Below are positions 10,150 to 20,313 of a stretch of 64,000 nt of DNA, piece after piece. How positions within the stretch are numbered: position 1 is the stretch's first letter; every line of letters begins with the position of its first letter. Origin of the DNA: a bacterium. Lineage in GTDB: Bacteria; Electryoneota; Electryoneia; Electryoneales; Electryoneaceae. Location of the stretch: positions 320,001 through 384,000 of the forward strand of contig CAXXKJ010000002.1 of the NCBI GenBank assembly GCA_963675295.2, written 5' to 3'. The notes beneath the pieces were generated by a model that saw nothing but the letters and a program-made list of their open reading frames with translations, did not search any database and was not told the DNA's origin. Position numbers and translations under genes: made by a program.

Positions 10150-10271
10150 TGGGTGGTTCTGAGAAGCGTGAGATTCGCGAGCGCACATATGGAGATACGG
10201 AGATGTCAGCGTCTCGCGAGCACGTAAACCCATATGCGAGTATCGAGATAACTGAGAAGACCACAGCTGGA

Positions 10272-11324
10272 ATGTCATCCCGTAAAGCGATCCTGTTCCT
10301 CCTGCCCATGTTCCTGCTAACCCTGTTCTGGTGGGGCTGTGAGGGCCCTCAGGGTCCAGAGGGAGAGGGGGTTGGCGACCTGGATACCGAGCCGCCGAAG
10401 GTATCATGGGTTGAGCCGGTACGGTCAGACACCACCTATGCGAACACCTTCGAAGTCGAGGCGACGGCAAGTGATAACGAAGGGGTGGCATACGTCGAGT
10501 TCTTCCTCGATGGAAGCAGTGAGATGGGCGACTCGTCCGCAATCGACTCCACCGCGCCCTACACCTGGACCTGGAATTTCGATTCCACCGGACATGACTT
10601 CGGTTTTTACCCAATCATGGCGCGTGCGTTTGATGGAGCCGAAAACGCAGCCGACACGCCAACATTACTGAAGCATTACCTGCCAGTGCCGACGGAACGG
10701 GTACTCTACTACTACGAAGGCGAAACCCTCGGCGCGTTGACGATGCCGGACGAATACGGCGACCGTTTCTGGAATGTCCGCTTCACGCCGGACGAAGAGT
10801 GCGAGCTGCTGGAAATCCAGTTGGAATTCCGCAACCCGCTTGAAGTCAGGCTGACGGACGAGGACGATTTCCTCACCGGCGGCACGGACTTCATGGTGTA
10901 TGCGTGGAACAGCGGCGACAACCGTTTGCCTGTCGAGCCTCCGCTTGACAGCTTGTACGTCGAGGAAACGCAAGCGGTTTATAATGAAGGGTTTACGGTT
11001 GTTGATGTGTCGAACTGGGGATTGACCCTGACGGACGATTTCCATGCCGGCTTCTCCATTCCGTCTGCGCTGAATTACGGCCAGCTGATTGACGATTTGC
11101 GGGCGATGCCGATTATTTTCACGTTGGACGATACCCCGCCGGCGGATTCCAGCGCGCATCGCAGTGTTGAAAAGGCGAACGGTCAGAACTGGCGCACAAT
11201 GCTGCAGAGCTGGAAGCAGCCGATTGATTTCCACATTCGTGTCAAAGTGCGCTACAGCAGCGGTGAAACGGCGACCATTGCCCCAACAGGCAGCCGGATT
11301 CCGCTGCCGGACGGTGAACGATAA
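10272..11324 (+). CDS. Lipoprotein 2 (paralog of 9109..10149)
   Basis: WWGC-EGPQGPEGEG; ASDNEGVAYVEFFLDG...APYTWTWN...ARAFDGAEN; start codon uncertain. Confidence 0.75.
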   Translation: MSSRKAILFLLPMFLLTLFWWGCEGPQGPEGEGVGDLDTEPPKVSWVEPVRSDTTYANTFEVEATASDNEGVAYVEFFLDGSSEMGDSSAIDSTAPYTWTWNFDSTGHDFGFYPIMARAFDGAENAADTPTLLKHYLPVPTERVLYYYEGETLGALTMPDEYGDRFWNVRFTPDEECELLEIQLEFRNPLEVRLTDEDDFLTGGTDFMVYAWNSGDNRLPVEPPLDSLYVEETQAVYNEGFTVVDVSNWGLTLTDDFHAGFSIPSALNYGQLIDDLRAMPIIFTLDDTPPADSSAHRSVEKANGQNWRTMLQSWKQPIDFHIRVKVRYSSGETATIAPTGSRIPLPDGER

Positions 11325-11365
11325 GCGTGGGTGGCGCAACGGCCGCCCGAGTGAAGGCTGAACGT

Positions 11366-12397
11366 ATGAATTGGACGTGGATACGCAGGAAAATGAGCGG
11401 CCCGGCCGTAAGGGTTGTGGCGTCCCTACTGTTGTTGGCGGGATTTGCCGCCTGCAGCGGTGAGGATGGTGCGGCGGGGCTTGATGGCACCAGCCCGGAC
11501 ACCTATCCGCCGGCTGTGGCGTTACTTTCGCCGTCGGCGGGGGACACGCTTGGTGACACCATGCGTGTGATCGTAACCGCCGTTGACAATGTCGCTATCG
11601 ACCGTGTGGTCTTTTACCTGGATGGTTCGGATCAGGTGGACGACACGTTATATGCGGAGATAGACGGCGCGGACGCGACGGACAACCAATTCGTCTGGAC
11701 CTTTAACCTGGTACAAATGGGTGTGGCCAATGGTGCGCACACGGTGATGGCGAGGGCATTTGACGTTGATCGCAACTATGCCGACACCCCGCCGGTGATT
11801 GTCTTTACCGAGTACCAGACCCCGCCGGGTGAGGCGATTCTGCGGGTCTGGGAGCCGGACAGCACCGGCTTCTACCAGTTCCCGAACCGGGATGCGGACG
11901 ATCCGAACATCGTGCTGGATTCCCTGCACAACATCCGTCTCCGTCCCGAACGCGATGGCCAGATCGATCAGGTCCGTTTGTACTTGAGCGTGGACGCGTT
12001 CTCGTCGTTGGCGTACGATACCACTTTGCACGTCGCGGTTCATGGCTCGGATGGTGTGTACCCGGATCTGGGAGAAGAACTCAGCTCACAGGATCTGACC
12101 CGCGCGGATTTCGATTCCACACGGTGGTACTCCGTGGTATTCCCGAACATCGTGTCGTTTCAGGCGAACGAAATTCTCCACATTACCCTGTCGGTTCCGG
12201 AGAAAACCGATACCACTGCGTTCGCCATCGGCACGTCGATCATTCCGAAGTACGACTATCCGACGCAGAGCCATTCCAGCCGCTGGCTGATCGATCAAAC
12301 GACCGAGTTGGAATACTGGCAGCCACTGCAGGAGCAGTATGCGTTCGAGGATCGCACTCGTGAGTTCATGATCGAGGTCTGGGTGACGTACGAATAG
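11366..12397 (+). CDS. Lipoprotein 3 (paralog of 9109..10149)
   Basis: FAAC-SGEDGAAGLDG; AVDNVAIDRVVFYLDG...ARAFDVDRN; start codon uncertain (11327, 11366 or 11393). Confidence 0.75.
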   Translation: MNWTWIRRKMSGPAVRVVASLLLLAGFAACSGEDGAAGLDGTSPDTYPPAVALLSPSAGDTLGDTMRVIVTAVDNVAIDRVVFYLDGSDQVDDTLYAEIDGADATDNQFVWTFNLVQMGVANGAHTVMARAFDVDRNYADTPPVIVFTEYQTPPGEAILRVWEPDSTGFYQFPNRDADDPNIVLDSLHNIRLRPERDGQIDQVRLYLSVDAFSSLAYDTTLHVAVHGSDGVYPDLGEELSSQDLTRADFDSTRWYSVVFPNIVSFQANEILHITLSVPEKTDTTAFAIGTSIIPKYDYPTQSHSSRWLIDQTTELEYWQPLQEQYAFEDRTREFMIEVWVTYE

Positions 12398-12426
12398 CGA
12401 TGCAGAGCGAGAGTGACAAACGTGAA

Positions 12427-12452
12427 AAACGGGAAGCGCGCGCTTCCCGTTT
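12427..12452. terminator. Bidirectional intrinsic terminator
   Basis: aaacgggaagcg-cg-cgcttcccgttt between convergent genes. Confidence 0.7.
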
Positions 12453-12488
12453 CTTGCTCGTAACTTGCTATAAAGCTAGACGATTAAC

Positions 12489-13850
12489 CTACTCGGAAAC
12501 AGAGCTTTCCGGAACGTTTTCGTCGGATTCACCGGATTTCGCGCCCTTGTATTCCAGCACCAGCACGTAGCGATGGGGCAGTACCGGCAGCGCATACAGC
12601 AGTTTCCACTTGTCGCGGTCCAGCGCTTTCGCTTCCCGTTCTCCTTCCGGTCCTTTCCATGACAGCAGGGTCCCACCCGGTTTCAGCAGGCTTTCGCACC
12701 ACTGCGCGACTTCGGGCAGCACACTCACCGCACGCACCACCACCGAATCGTACGGCACATCCAACCGTTCCGCATGCGTTTCCGCGCGATCGTGCACGAC
12801 GCTGATGTTTTTCGCGCCGAGTTCGGCGGTCATCCGTTGCAGGGACAACGTTTTCGCCCGCCGTGAATCCAGCAGCGTCATTTTCGCATCGTTGAGCGCC
12901 AACGCCAGCGGCAGGCCCGGAAAACCGCCTCCTGTACCGAGATCCAGTAGCCGCGGCCCACGCCACCAATCAGGTTCAGCCGCTGGAATCAGGCTTTCCC
13001 ACAACGACTGCAGCAGAACCGCGTCCACACTCGCCCGGCTGACCAGGTTCACCTCTTCGTTGATCGCCTTCACCAGCTCGAGGTGCTTGTGGAACGGTTG
13101 GGCGTCGGTGGCCACGAGCAGGATGTCCGTCACCTGCTTGACTCGCTCAAAATCGACCTTGAACGGGTGATCCAGCCGTCCTATCCAGGCAGGAGTTTCC
13201 GGACGCCGTCCTCGGATTGGCAGGCCGAGTTTTTTGCGTTTCTTCACCTTGTGCGGAATCGGGATCGGTGCATCATCACTGCGTTTCGGCGGAGAATACC
13301 GGTCGCTGGATCGTGGCTTGTCGCGATCGTTCGAGTCGGAACGTCCACGATCGGGCCGGTCAAAATCGCGCCGTGGCTTGTCGTTTCGGGGCCGGTCGGA
13401 GTTGAACTTGTCGGGACGAGGCCCGCTGGATCGTGACGAATCACGGCTCGGCCGGTCAGACTCACGCCGCGGTTTGTCGCTTCGCGGCCGGTCAGACTTG
13501 AATCGGTCAGAGCGTGCTTCGCTGGATCGTGACGAATCACGGCTTGGACCGCCTGGACGCGGGCCACCGGGTCTCTTTGAATCGGACGGTTTGCCGGACT
13601 TGTACGCGGAGGAGCCGCCGCGCGCTGGCCCGGGTTTGCTTGAACCGGGGCGTGACGAATCACGATTCGGCCGGTCGGAACGTGGTCCACCGGATTTCTT
13701 CGAGTCGGATGGTTTGCCGGATTTGTACGAGGAGGAGCCTGCACGTGACGGCCCCGGTTTCCGGGGGCCGGACGGTTTCGATCCCGGGCGGTTGGAGCCG
13801 GGATGGCGTTGGGACGATTCACGCTTGGGGTTTGGACGGTCGTCTTTCAT
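12489..13850 (-). CDS. rsmG: 16S rRNA m7G527 methyltransferase RsmG with a long low-complexity N-terminal extension
   Basis: NLVSR, LDLGTGGGFPGLPLA, LLDSRRAK, RAE, VRAV and KG motifs; directly downstream of mnmG. Confidence 0.85.
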   Translation of the reverse strand: MKDDRPNPKRESSQRHPGSNRPGSKPSGPRKPGPSRAGSSSYKSGKPSDSKKSGGPRSDRPNRDSSRPGSSKPGPARGGSSAYKSGKPSDSKRPGGPRPGGPSRDSSRSSEARSDRFKSDRPRSDKPRRESDRPSRDSSRSSGPRPDKFNSDRPRNDKPRRDFDRPDRGRSDSNDRDKPRSSDRYSPPKRSDDAPIPIPHKVKKRKKLGLPIRGRRPETPAWIGRLDHPFKVDFERVKQVTDILLVATDAQPFHKHLELVKAINEEVNLVSRASVDAVLLQSLWESLIPAAEPDWWRGPRLLDLGTGGGFPGLPLALALNDAKMTLLDSRRAKTLSLQRMTAELGAKNISVVHDRAETHAERLDVPYDSVVVRAVSVLPEVAQWCESLLKPGGTLLSWKGPEGEREAKALDRDKWKLLYALPVLPHRYVLVLEYKGAKSGESDENVPESSVSE

Positions 13851-13946
13851 GCCACTTGCGCAGGCTTGTCAACGGGTTGCGGATTATCAGCACGGAAGCT
13901 AGTGCGGAAAGTCGCCAAATCCAAGAGGGGATTTCCGATCTCGCGA

Positions 13947-15815
13947 TCAGGCGGACAAGGTACGCGCGGCTGAACGTTCCCGATCCCGCAGAAAAACGAC
14001 CAGTAACGCGAGATCGGACGGCGTCACTCCGGCAATCCTGGACGCCTGCCCGACGGTCGCGGGACGGTGCGTTTCCAGCTTCTGCCGGCCCTCGGCGGAC
14101 AGCGCTTTGACCGTGTCGTAGTCGAAATCGTCAGGAATGCGTTTCTCTTCCTGCGAACGTAGCTTCTCCACCTGGCGCCGCTCGCGGTCGAGATAGCCTG
14201 CATAGCGCAACTCGGTCTCGATCGCGGTCAACAGGGCGGGGTCGGGGCGTTCGGGCAACGTACCGTTTCCACGTTCGAGCAGGGTCGCGAGCTTGATTTC
14301 CGGTCGCCGCAGCAGTTGCGCAGCGCTTTCCAACTGGTTCGGCTTTTTGTCGCGTGCCACGATATCGCCACGCCGGAACTTAAGCGTTTCCAAGCGCTTG
14401 ATCCATGACGATTTGTCATCCAGCCGTTGGCGGATCGCCGCGTATCGTTCCTCCGCAATCAACCCGGCGCTGAATGCTTTCTCGTGCAACCGTTCTTCCG
14501 CGTTGTCCTGGCGCAGCAGCAGCCGGAATTCCGCCCGGCTGGTGAACATGCGGTAGGGTTCGGTCGGATGCGTGGTCACCAGATCATCGACCAACACACC
14601 GCCGTACGCTTCGTCGCGCCGCAGGATGAACGGTTCACGCCCCTGCACCGTCAACGCGGCGTTCGTCCCAGCGATCAAGCCCTGGATCGCGGCTTCTTCG
14701 TAGCCGGATGTCCCGTTAATCTGCCCGGCGAGGTACAGTCCCGGGATCCGCCGTGTGCTCAATGTTGCGCGCAACTCGTGCGGCGGAACCACGTCGTATT
14801 CTACCGCATAACCCGGCCGTGAAAACCGGATATTCTCACAACCCGGCACCGTTTGCAGGGAGGCCAGCTGTACCTCTTCTGGCATGGAGCTGGAAAAACC
14901 GTTGACGTACATCAGCGGGTTGTCGAGCCCTTCCGGTTCGAAAATCAGCGGGTGCCGGTCGCGATCCGGGAACCGCATCACCTTGTCCTCAATGGACGGG
15001 CAGTAGCGCGGGCCGGTGGACTGGATCGTACCATTGTACATCGGCGATTCGTCGATCCGCGCGCGGATGCCGTCATGCGCATCCGGGACCGTATATGCAC
15101 GGTAGCACGGGAGTTGCGGGTTGTGGCGTCGTGTGGTCTCGTGGCTGAAGAACCAGGCCTCGTCCTCGCTGTCCTGCTGCTCCATCACGCTGAGGTCGAT
15201 GCTGTCCCGGTAGACACGTGGCGGTGTACCGGTTTTAAAGCGTAGCAACGGGTAGCCGAGACGTTCTAGGTCGGCCGAAATGTGATTCGCCGGGGGTTCG
15301 CCGAAGCGGCCGGACTGGTTTTGCACCGTGCCGGTGTGCGTCAGGCCGCGCATGAAGGTACCGGAACACAAAATGGCGGTCTTGCAGGCGAGGACGCCAC
15401 CGTTCGCCAGGCGGACGCCGGTCAACGTGTCGCCGTTGACGACGAAGCCGACGGCCTCGTCTTCCACGATTTCGATGTCGGGGTAGCGTTCGTAAAACAG
15501 CGTGTCGATGGCCTGGGTGTACAGATCGCGGTCGGTTTGCGCGCGTGGGGACCACACTGCTGGTCCCTTCGACCGGTTCAGCATGCGGTACTGGATTGCG
15601 GCGCGGTCGGTTGCGACGCCCATCAGGCCGCCGAGGGCGTCAATCTCTTTGACAAGCTGGCCTTTGGCGGTTCCACCCATGGCTGGATTGCAGGACAAAC
15701 GGGCGAGCGCAGCCCGTTCCCGGGTCACCAGCACGACACTGGCACCTGCCCGGGAGGCTGCCGCCGCGGCTTCGACGCCGGCGTGTCCTCCTCCAATCAC
15801 AACCACATCGACCAT
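13947..15815 (-). CDS. mnmG: tRNA uridine-5-carboxymethylaminomethyl(34) synthesis enzyme MnmG (GidA)
   Basis: VIGGGHAG, SCNPAMGG, FKTGTPPR, GPRYCPSIEDK, AGQINGTSGYEEA and EPYRMFTSRAE motifs. Confidence 0.97.
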   Translation of the reverse strand: MVDVVVIGGGHAGVEAAAAASRAGASVVLVTRERAALARLSCNPAMGGTAKGQLVKEIDALGGLMGVATDRAAIQYRMLNRSKGPAVWSPRAQTDRDLYTQAIDTLFYERYPDIEIVEDEAVGFVVNGDTLTGVRLANGGVLACKTAILCSGTFMRGLTHTGTVQNQSGRFGEPPANHISADLERLGYPLLRFKTGTPPRVYRDSIDLSVMEQQDSEDEAWFFSHETTRRHNPQLPCYRAYTVPDAHDGIRARIDESPMYNGTIQSTGPRYCPSIEDKVMRFPDRDRHPLIFEPEGLDNPLMYVNGFSSSMPEEVQLASLQTVPGCENIRFSRPGYAVEYDVVPPHELRATLSTRRIPGLYLAGQINGTSGYEEAAIQGLIAGTNAALTVQGREPFILRRDEAYGGVLVDDLVTTHPTEPYRMFTSRAEFRLLLRQDNAEERLHEKAFSAGLIAEERYAAIRQRLDDKSSWIKRLETLKFRRGDIVARDKKPNQLESAAQLLRRPEIKLATLLERGNGTLPERPDPALLTAIETELRYAGYLDRERRQVEKLRSQEEKRIPDDFDYDTVKALSAEGRQKLETHRPATVGQASRIAGVTPSDLALLVVFLRDRERSAARTLSA

Positions 15816-15938
15816 CGGGTCTGTGTCCTTTTGCGACAGGTTCCGGTTGCTGCTCATCCTCATCGTGAGGTCAGGCGCACAATTCGCCCGATTTGGCGCT
15901 CTCTCTTGTTGAGAGCCATGGAACGCGCATAAAACCTG

Positions 15939-15954
15939 TGTTTCACGTGAAACA
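15939..15954. promoter_or_regulatory. parS centromere-like site (ParB binding)
   Basis: Perfect tgtttcacgtgaaaca between mnmE and mnmG. Confidence 0.85.
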
Positions 15955-16014
15955 AGAACTCCGTACCCCGCATCGCCAGAGGGTTTCCGGCGCTCGGAGT
16001 TCACAAACCGGAGT

Positions 16015-17370
16015 TTATTTCCCGATGCAGAACCGGCCGAAAATCCGGTTCAGCACGTCATCTCCGGCGATTCGCCCCGTGATCTCACTCAACGCATCCA
16101 GCGCAGCGCGAATTTCTACCGCGATCAATTCCTCGCTCACATTCGCCGACGCTAACGTTGACGAGCGTTCCAGCGCCTCAGCGGCGTCATTGAGGTGACG
16201 CGCGTGCCGTTGCTCCAGCCCGAGGCTCTCTTCGTAGTGGGTGAGGCCCAGCTTTTTGATGATCATGGCTTGCAGTTCAGCAACACCTTCACCTGTTTTC
16301 GCGCTAATAGACGTGTCCGATTCGTCCAAAACCACTTTCGGTACCTCGGCTGCCAAGTCTGACTTGTTCCGCACGAACATCAGATTGCTGTGATGAAAAT
16401 ACTCTACGTCGGGCCATAGAAAGTCAGGCGGCGACCACAGCCACAGAATTACATCCGCTTGATCCAGCAGCGACTTTGTCCGTTTCATTCCCTCTTGCTC
16501 GATCTCCTCCTCAGACGTACGAAGGCCTGCGGTATCGATTAATCGAACCGGGATACCGTCCCAATCCACCGCCGCATCGAGATAATCCCGTGTGGTACCA
16601 GGGGTTTCGCTGACAATTGCCCGATCCTGTCCCAGCCAGCGATTGAACAAGGTCGACTTGCCGGCGTTGGTTTCGCCCGCGATCACGATGTGTATCCCAT
16701 TCCTCAGGTACTTGCTGATATTGGCATTAAACAACAGGATATACAACGAGTGGACCAGTTCTTCGATTTGAATCAGAAACCGCTTCCGATCAAAGACCGG
16801 AACCTCTTCTTCCGCGAAATCGAGTTCCAGCTCAACCAGTCCCAATGCGTCCTGCAGCGATTCTTCGATGGTCTGCAGCTGTGTTTTCAGGCCACCCATC
16901 AGCACGCGCAGCGATGACCGTGCCGCGGCACCAGTTTTCGCGTCGATCAGGGACGCCACCGATTCCGCCTGGTCCAGCGTCAGTTTGCCGTTGATGAACG
17001 AACGCCGCGTAAATTCGCCAGGTTTTGCGGGCCGCGCGCCCAGTTCGAGGAATCGCTCCAATACGAGGGTTAACGCGGCGGGGCTGCCGTGTCCGATGAA
17101 TTCGATGAGATCTTCGCCGGTGCTGGAGTTGGGACCTTTCCACGGCAGTAGTACGCCTTCATCCAGCACGCCGCCTTCCGCGTCACGGATGGTCACGACC
17201 TGCGCAGCACGTGGTGTCCAGCTTTCCGGGATTGATTCGTGTCCGCAGGCGTGCGCGGCGAGGGTCCAGACACCGTCTCCGCTCATCCGGATAATACCCA
17301 AAGCGCTTTGCCCTGGCGGGGTGGCCAGGGCAGCGATGGGATCAGAACTTAGAATGGATGGCGCCGGCAC
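16015..17370 (-). CDS. mnmE: tRNA modification GTPase MnmE (TrmE)
   Basis: IAALATPPG, GEFTRRSF, GETNAGKST, PGTTRD, DTAG, NKSD and C-terminal FCIGK. Confidence 0.97.
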   Translation of the reverse strand: MPAPSILSSDPIAALATPPGQSALGIIRMSGDGVWTLAAHACGHESIPESWTPRAAQVVTIRDAEGGVLDEGVLLPWKGPNSSTGEDLIEFIGHGSPAALTLVLERFLELGARPAKPGEFTRRSFINGKLTLDQAESVASLIDAKTGAAARSSLRVLMGGLKTQLQTIEESLQDALGLVELELDFAEEEVPVFDRKRFLIQIEELVHSLYILLFNANISKYLRNGIHIVIAGETNAGKSTLFNRWLGQDRAIVSETPGTTRDYLDAAVDWDGIPVRLIDTAGLRTSEEEIEQEGMKRTKSLLDQADVILWLWSPPDFLWPDVEYFHHSNLMFVRNKSDLAAEVPKVVLDESDTSISAKTGEGVAELQAMIIKKLGLTHYEESLGLEQRHARHLNDAAEALERSSTLASANVSEELIAVEIRAALDALSEITGRIAGDDVLNRIFGRFCIGK

Positions 17371-17373
17371 GGC

Positions 17374-19182
17374 TTACTTCCGATCCTTCTTCTGACGGCG
17401 GCGCTCCTGCCGTTCTTCTTCTTTTTCCTGCTCGGCCTTGCGTTCGGCGACCAGGCGTTCCAGTTCCGGATCGCTGGTCTTCATCATCTTCTGCTGGCCC
17501 CAGCTAAGCAGGTTGAACAGCGTGTAATACAGCGTCAGGCCGCTCGGGAAGTTGTTGAACAGGAAGATGAACATGATCGGCATCATCATGGTCATCATCT
17601 TCTGGTTCGGATCGGTAACCGTTGACTTGGACTGGAGATACGTGCTCAATGCCATGATCAGCGGCAGCACAGCGAGGTGGTCGCCATACAGCGGGATCGT
17701 GAACGGCAGGTTGAACAGCACGTCCGGCATCGAGAGGTCGTTGATCCACAGGATGAACGGCTGCCCGCGCAACTCAATAGTCGAACGGAAGACAATGAAC
17801 AACCCGTACAGCATCGGCATCTGCAGCAGCATTGGCCAGCACCCGCCCATCGGGTTGACCTTGTGCTCCTTGTACAGCGCCATCACTTCCTTCTGCATCC
17901 GCTGCGGGTTATCCTTGTACTTTTCCTGAGTCTCTTTCAGAATCGGCTGAAGCATTTGCATGCGCTTCATCGACTTGTGAGACTTGTAAGTAAGCGGCCA
18001 GACGATAATTTTGATCAAGATGGAGAATATAATTAGTACAACACCATAATTGGGAATAAAATCGTGCAACCAGACCAGAACATGGAACACACCCTTGGAG
18101 AAAGGCTCGATAATCGGCCATCCCCACGACATCATTTCCTCTAATGACGGATCAATCCGTGAAACGTGCTCTTGTTCCAGCGGTCCGAGGTAGAAGGTCA
18201 GCCGCTGATCAAGGTCACCTTGCGGGATGTTGAACAGGAGATCGGTTGCGTACAGCTTTGGACGGTGCTTGCCATCATACGTCGGGTGCGGCCAGGTGCG
18301 CAGGGTCGCGCCGTCGGCCGGCGTGCTCGGGACCAACGCCATCAGGAAGTACTTGGTACGTTGCGCAACCCATCGCGTCGCGCCAGACGCGTTTTCGTCC
18401 TCGGTTTCCTTGCCGTTGCTCTTCAGCTTTTCCTTCGACCCAGTGTAGTAGGCCGCTTCGGTGTAGTAAAGGTCCTGGGTTGTGTCCGCTTCGGTCAAAG
18501 CCAACCCACCGCCCCAGCCGAACGTGGCGGAAATCGCGCCGGTCGATGCGCCCAGTCCACGGCTTTGCAGGTGAACGTCGACCTTGTAGCGGTCCGGGTG
18601 GAAGACGAACGTTTCCCGGTACCAGCGCCCCTCGCCCAATGGGATGGAAAAGGTCAACGAATCAGGTCCGTCACCTTCGTTCAGCGTGATGTCGCCGCCG
18701 TCCACGCTGAACACACGGTCGCGCGTCCGCAGCAGACCCGATCCGCCAAGTGCGGTCAGGGTCAGGTTTTCGTCCGCGAAACGGTCACGCACCAGTTCTT
18801 CGGTTTCCAGCAGGTACGGCTGCGTCGGCTGGATCCGCCACGAACGGATCGTCGCGCCTTTTGTGCTGAACGTCGCCGAGTAGAGCGGCGTGTCCACGTG
18901 GATCAGCTTCTCTTCGGCATCCGAAGCCGGCATCGAAGAAGGATCGTTCATGCCAGATCCACCAGCGAACGTATCGGACCCATTGTACATCGTGTCCGTT
19001 TCGTCTCCGCCGAACGGTTGGCCGTCGCCCATCGAGCTCGCCGCATCTTCGGCCGTCATGACTGCCGATTGTGCGGTCGAGTCCGCTGGTGGCTCTTCCG
19101 GGGTCACCAGCTTGTAGTAGTAGGGCATGGTCAGGATGACCACGCCGATCAGGACAAATGCAAATATGGTCTTGCGATCCAT
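17374..19182 (-). CDS. yidC: Membrane protein insertase YidC
   Basis: NYGVVLII, SMKRMQ.LQP, KVNPMGGCWP, WINDLS.PD and FPSGLTLYY motifs. Confidence 0.96.
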   Translation of the reverse strand: MDRKTIFAFVLIGVVILTMPYYYKLVTPEEPPADSTAQSAVMTAEDAASSMGDGQPFGGDETDTMYNGSDTFAGGSGMNDPSSMPASDAEEKLIHVDTPLYSATFSTKGATIRSWRIQPTQPYLLETEELVRDRFADENLTLTALGGSGLLRTRDRVFSVDGGDITLNEGDGPDSLTFSIPLGEGRWYRETFVFHPDRYKVDVHLQSRGLGASTGAISATFGWGGGLALTEADTTQDLYYTEAAYYTGSKEKLKSNGKETEDENASGATRWVAQRTKYFLMALVPSTPADGATLRTWPHPTYDGKHRPKLYATDLLFNIPQGDLDQRLTFYLGPLEQEHVSRIDPSLEEMMSWGWPIIEPFSKGVFHVLVWLHDFIPNYGVVLIIFSILIKIIVWPLTYKSHKSMKRMQMLQPILKETQEKYKDNPQRMQKEVMALYKEHKVNPMGGCWPMLLQMPMLYGLFIVFRSTIELRGQPFILWINDLSMPDVLFNLPFTIPLYGDHLAVLPLIMALSTYLQSKSTVTDPNQKMMTMMMPIMFIFLFNNFPSGLTLYYTLFNLLSWGQQKMMKTSDPELERLVAERKAEQEKEEERQERRRQKKDRK

Positions 19183-19194
19183 GGTTCCTCACGG

Positions 19195-19548
19195 TCAGGA
19201 TGCGGTGGCATCCGAACGTTCTATCGCTGAATGATCGTGATCGTGTTCGTGGCGGCAATGGTGATGATCAGAGTGTCCGGTGGGAGGGACGGGATCGAAA
19301 CCGCCGGGATGCAACGGATTGCACTTCGCGAGCCGCACCGCGCTCAGCCAGAACCCGCGTAACACGCCGTGCGTTTGAAACGCTTCCATCGAATACACGC
19401 TGCAGGAAGGATAAAACCGGCACCGGCTGCCGAGGGCATACATCACCGGCGACAACACCTTACGGTAGACGCGCAGCAACGGCAACACCAGCCAACGCAC
19501 CAGGAACCGGTCCGCGGTAGAGGTGGGTTTGCGTGTTTCTGCACTCAA
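19195..19548 (-). CDS. yidD: Membrane protein insertion efficiency factor YidD, His-rich tail
   Basis: [10 protein letters not shown]...HG..RG...[16 protein letters not shown]; TTG start overlaps the rnpA stop (TTGA). Confidence 0.9.
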   Translation of the reverse strand: MSAETRKPTSTADRFLVRWLVLPLLRVYRKVLSPVMYALGSRCRFYPSCSVYSMEAFQTHGVLRGFWLSAVRLAKCNPLHPGGFDPVPPTGHSDHHHCRHEHDHDHSAIERSDATAS

Positions 19549-19943
19549 CGTGCGCGTTCCTCGTTCGCGCCCGGTGCGCCGAACCGGCTTGCCGCTTTCT
19601 TCCGCGCGACCTTCAACAGACGGTCCAGCTCCACAAAAAAATCGTTCCAGTCCTTTGGCGCGGCATACAATCGCACCAGGATCTGGCAATTCACCGGGAA
19701 CAGCTCTTTGTTCCTGCGAAAGTATTCACGCAGTCGGCGGCGCGCATAATTTCGTCCCACTGCTGTCCCGAAGAGACGGCGGGGAACCAGCGAGCCGAAC
19801 TGGCGAATGGCGGCATCCGACGGCAAAAAAAAAAGGGACACGCCGTTACCGCGCACCCTTTCAGCTCCCTGAAGGAGTCGCTGATAAGCTGCGCGACCCC
19901 GGATGATTTCATCCTTTCGCAGGGTTTCGCTACCGGATTTCAT
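19545..19943 (-). CDS. rnpA: Ribonuclease P protein component
   Basis: [16 protein letters not shown] motif; lies between rpmH and yidD. Confidence 0.85.
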   Translation of the reverse strand: MKSGSETLRKDEIIRGRAAYQRLLQGAERVRGNGVSLFFLPSDAAIRQFGSLVPRRLFGTAVGRNYARRRLREYFRRNKELFPVNCQILVRLYAAPKDWNDFFVELDRLLKVARKKAASRFGAPGANEERAR

Positions 19944-20079
19944 CGGAGACGGTCAACCGCTTACGTCCCTTGGCACGTCGGCGCTTCAACACCGCGCGTC
20001 CAGCTTTCGAAGCCATGCGTGCACGGAAACCATGCTTATTACGGCGTTTCCGATTGCTCGGCTGAAAGGTGCGCTTCAT
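19930..20079 (-). CDS. rpmH: 50S ribosomal protein L34 (absent from the ORF track)
   Basis: Manual translation [49 protein letters not shown]. Confidence 0.97.
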   Translation of the reverse strand: MKRTFQPSNRKRRNKHGFRARMASKAGRAVLKRRRAKGRKRLTVSDEIR

Positions 20080-20313
20080 GGAAATGCTCCTGCTCTATCG
20101 TTTTCTTGTCGAATCCAAAGCAAGCCGGAATTTAGGCGGAGTGAACCCATGGAGCAACGTTCGCTCCCGGAGGGAGCCCCCTTTAGAGCCGGCGGGTCGA
20201 GACAGGTGTTGGTCTCTCGTCTCGCGGCGAAACCGGCTCGACACGGAATGCGTACCACAGATAAGCTATCTTAGCCGGAACGTACGCAGCAAACTCGGTC
20301 CCGGAGGCATGTT

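Noticed and set aside
15816-16004. N-terminal extension of mnmG in the ORF track (also extended starts for pyrF, mfd, S8, M28, yidD and lipoprotein 2)
   Set aside because: Homology begins at downstream start codons; the extensions run through parS, repeat or promoter DNA.
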